Assembly: GCA_030704615.1 (NCBI GenBank)
Contig: CM060731.1
Span: 61,442,001 to 61,506,000 of the forward strand
Length of the DNA stretch: 64,000 bases
Source of the DNA: Takakia lepidozioides
Taxonomy: Eukaryota > Plantae > Bryophyta
Direction of reading: 5' to 3'
The notes beneath the pieces were generated by a model. That model was not told where the DNA came from, searched no databases, and saw only the letters and a list, made by a program, of their open reading frames with translations. A program made the position numbers and the translations under genes. Below, piece by piece: positions 61,980-64,000 of the stretch. Numbering within the stretch: position 1 is the stretch's first letter; each line of letters starts with the position of its first letter.

Positions 61980-63544
61980 ATGAGATCTGGTACGCGATGG
62001 AAGTCGCGGGTAGCAGCGGAAGCGGCTGTAGCGGAGCCCATGTCCGGCCTCTACCAGCAGATGCAAACCTGGAAGCCTCTGGAGGCTCTCCTTGCCAATC
62101 CGTCGGTTGTCTTGTCCGTCGAGGCCAATCAAGCACAGGTGCTTAATCGTGCCTGTTTCGGCAGACCGATTTTAGCCGCCTCTTCTCCATCTTTGCATTC
62201 AGCTTCCTCGGCTCTTCATCGTAAGAGTCTGCTCATTCTCAGTGTATTGTGGTCCCCGTCTAACTCCACAGTGATGGTACAGGAATCTTGCCCGAGAGGT
62301 AGGGGCAAATTTGGACAGAAGCTCATCGTTAGCAGAACAAGCTTAAAAATCTGAAGATGTCTTTGCAAATTCTTCAACCTGCTATGGTTTGGACAGTTTA
62401 GAATCACCAGTGACCACGATTATCTGACCATTCTGGCTAGCTTGACCCTTATGTGCATTTTGAACAAGCTTAAAAATCTGAAGATGTCTTTGCAAATTCC
62501 TCAACCTGCTATGGTTTCTACAGTTTAGAATCACCAGTGACCACGATTATCTGACCATTCTGGCTAGCTTGACCCTTATGTGCATTTTGAACAAGCTTAA
62601 AAATCTGAAGATGTCTTTGCAAATTCTTCAACCTGCTATGGTTTCTACAGTTTAGAATCACCAGCGACCACGTTATGTGACCATTCTGGCTAGCTTGACC
62701 CTCATGTGCATTTTGAAAGGGCCAGATCTTTCTAAAATTTCTGCCAGATTAAACCCTTCCACTCAATACTTTAAAGTTTTTTTCTCACAACACTTGTTGT
62801 CTCGTCCTATTTTCTTTGTTTTGCATGCGTTCTTCTCTAGGCTTTCTGTGGATGCCTGTCTCTTTTCCTGGAGTTGGCCAACGTTTACTACATCAAATCC
62901 TACTCCCAGCTTCTGGCAATGCTACGGAGGGTTTGCAATCCCCTTCTTAGGTTGTGGAGGGTGGCACTTGCATAATGCGAATAGTGGTATATGTGAAGGT
63001 TCACCTAGAGATCTGAACTTGGACCATTCCGGGGAGGCACAAAGGTTTCAACTGGGTTTTGAGGAGGCATTCTTTCTCGCGTTTGAGTTGAAGTGCATTT
63101 GCATCTACCAAAAGATCCCCCAGGTTATCTACGTAGCCTTTCGGGGTCCCATGTGGTGAATGCACTAGCTGTCCTTCTCACGCTTTTGCTCTGGTCAAAG
63201 GACTTCACATTGTCTTTTTTGCATTTCTCCAATCCACAAAATGCTCTGGAGAAATCCCTTTCTTTCTTCTTCTGTCAATTTTGTATATTCATCGTAGTCC
63301 CAAGACTTTTAGGGCTCTCCCATGACCCTGCCATGGCTGAACTCCATTGTTAACTGGGTAGGGGAGCGAGGTGTTGAGTGTGGAAGAGGTATGGAAGAGC
63401 ATGCAAAGCAGCAAGCGGGAGTTTGTGCAGCTGTACAAAGCCTATGCCCATTTCCGTGCCAAGCAATGGGTCGTCCGCTCAGGCCTTCAGTATGGGGCTG
63501 ATTTCATGGCCTATTGCCATCACCCAGCCCTCGTCCATTCAGAG
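61980..63544 (+). CDS. SEN2: tRNA-splicing endonuclease catalytic subunit Sen2 (3' exons outside window)
   Basis: Exon 61980-62220 MRSGTRWK...AEPMS...LNRACFGRPI. Exon ~63000-63123 FQLGFEEAFFLAFELKCI. Exon ~63362-63544 YKAYAHFRAKQWVVRSGLQYGADFMAYCHHPALVHSE, which carries the catalytic Tyr and His motifs of plant SEN2. Confidence 0.92.
62335..62717. repeat. Tandem repeat, 3 x 127 bp, in SEN2 intron 1
   Basis: Unit GAACAAGCTTAAAAATCTGAAGATGTC...CCCTTATGTGCATTTT starts at 62335, 62462 and 62589. Copies are nearly identical. Confidence 0.97.
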
Positions 63545-64000
63545 TGGGTTTTCTATCTTGTGTCACAGTTGGTATATGTGTTAACACTCTTGGTCTTAAG
63601 TACTCGACATGCAACTTAACTTCTATCAACAAAACATTTCTGGGGAAATTTTTATTTCCCTCCTGAGCGTGAAATCCATTTGTCTCCCCTGTGCCAATCA
63701 AATCTGATTCTATGAGAGAGAGAATGTTCAGGGTGCAGGAGGCCCCTTTACCTACCCTTACAGCAAACCTCTTTGAGCAGATTTGTGTTAATGTTTGCTT
63801 TCTCTGGATAAACTAGAGCGAAAGTCGAGGTTATGCTTCACAAATCTTATGCTTAAGTAAAGTGCTGACTGTTGGGTTAGCTTCACTTGCTGAGTGCTAG
63901 CTGAATATCATATCTGATTTTTTCTGTGACTTTCAGAGAAGTGGCAGAACTCGATACATAGATTTATATAATGATATGCCTGAATTTGATTGTAGCATTA

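Noticed and set aside
62335-62717. CRISPR-like array (also considered for 18850-19137 and the PPR repeats)
   Set aside because: Units are contiguous tandem copies without unique spacers, there are no cas genes, and the context is eukaryotic.
18107-63544. Functional cluster of importin-11, RTEL1, membrane protein and SEN2
   Set aside because: Unrelated housekeeping genes with no shared pathway or regulatory signal visible. Adjacency in a plant genome is not evidence of a system.

Overview
Eukaryotic nuclear DNA from a land plant. A non-seed plant (bryophyte, lycophyte or fern) is likely, inferred from the near-identical PLS-triplet PPR gene and the TE families. Left to right: (1) two decayed Ty1/copia retrotransposons, the first nested in the integrase of the second (1-5710); (2) a probable multi-exon pseudogene of unknown family (5776-7345); (3) a PLS-class PPR RNA-editing factor on the minus strand, with a clean 885-codon ORF and a recognisable but destroyed E2/E+/DYW tail; (4) a repeat-rich spacer with tRNA-derived SINE-like copies and inverted repeats; (5) importin-11/KA120 (minus, 18107-28684); (6) a ~14 kb TE-rich region between divergent genes, holding a piggyBac-family remnant whose N-terminal and catalytic parts lie on opposite strands, a foldback element and MITEs; (7) RTEL1 helicase (plus, from 43124) with a decayed RTE-like LINE near its 3' end; (8) a probably plastid-targeted multi-pass membrane protein gene; (9) tRNA-splicing endonuclease SEN2, which runs off the window. 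I cannot support a wholly new biological system from this sequence. The items most worth follow-up are the plant piggyBac with an apparent internal inversion, the PPR with a pseudogenised DYW domain and a chimeric repeat, the 67-bp hairpin element related to a foldback TE end, the unidentified spliced pseudogene, and a tandem duplication across an importin-11 splice acceptor. All coordinates and alignments were read by eye and may be a few bases off.
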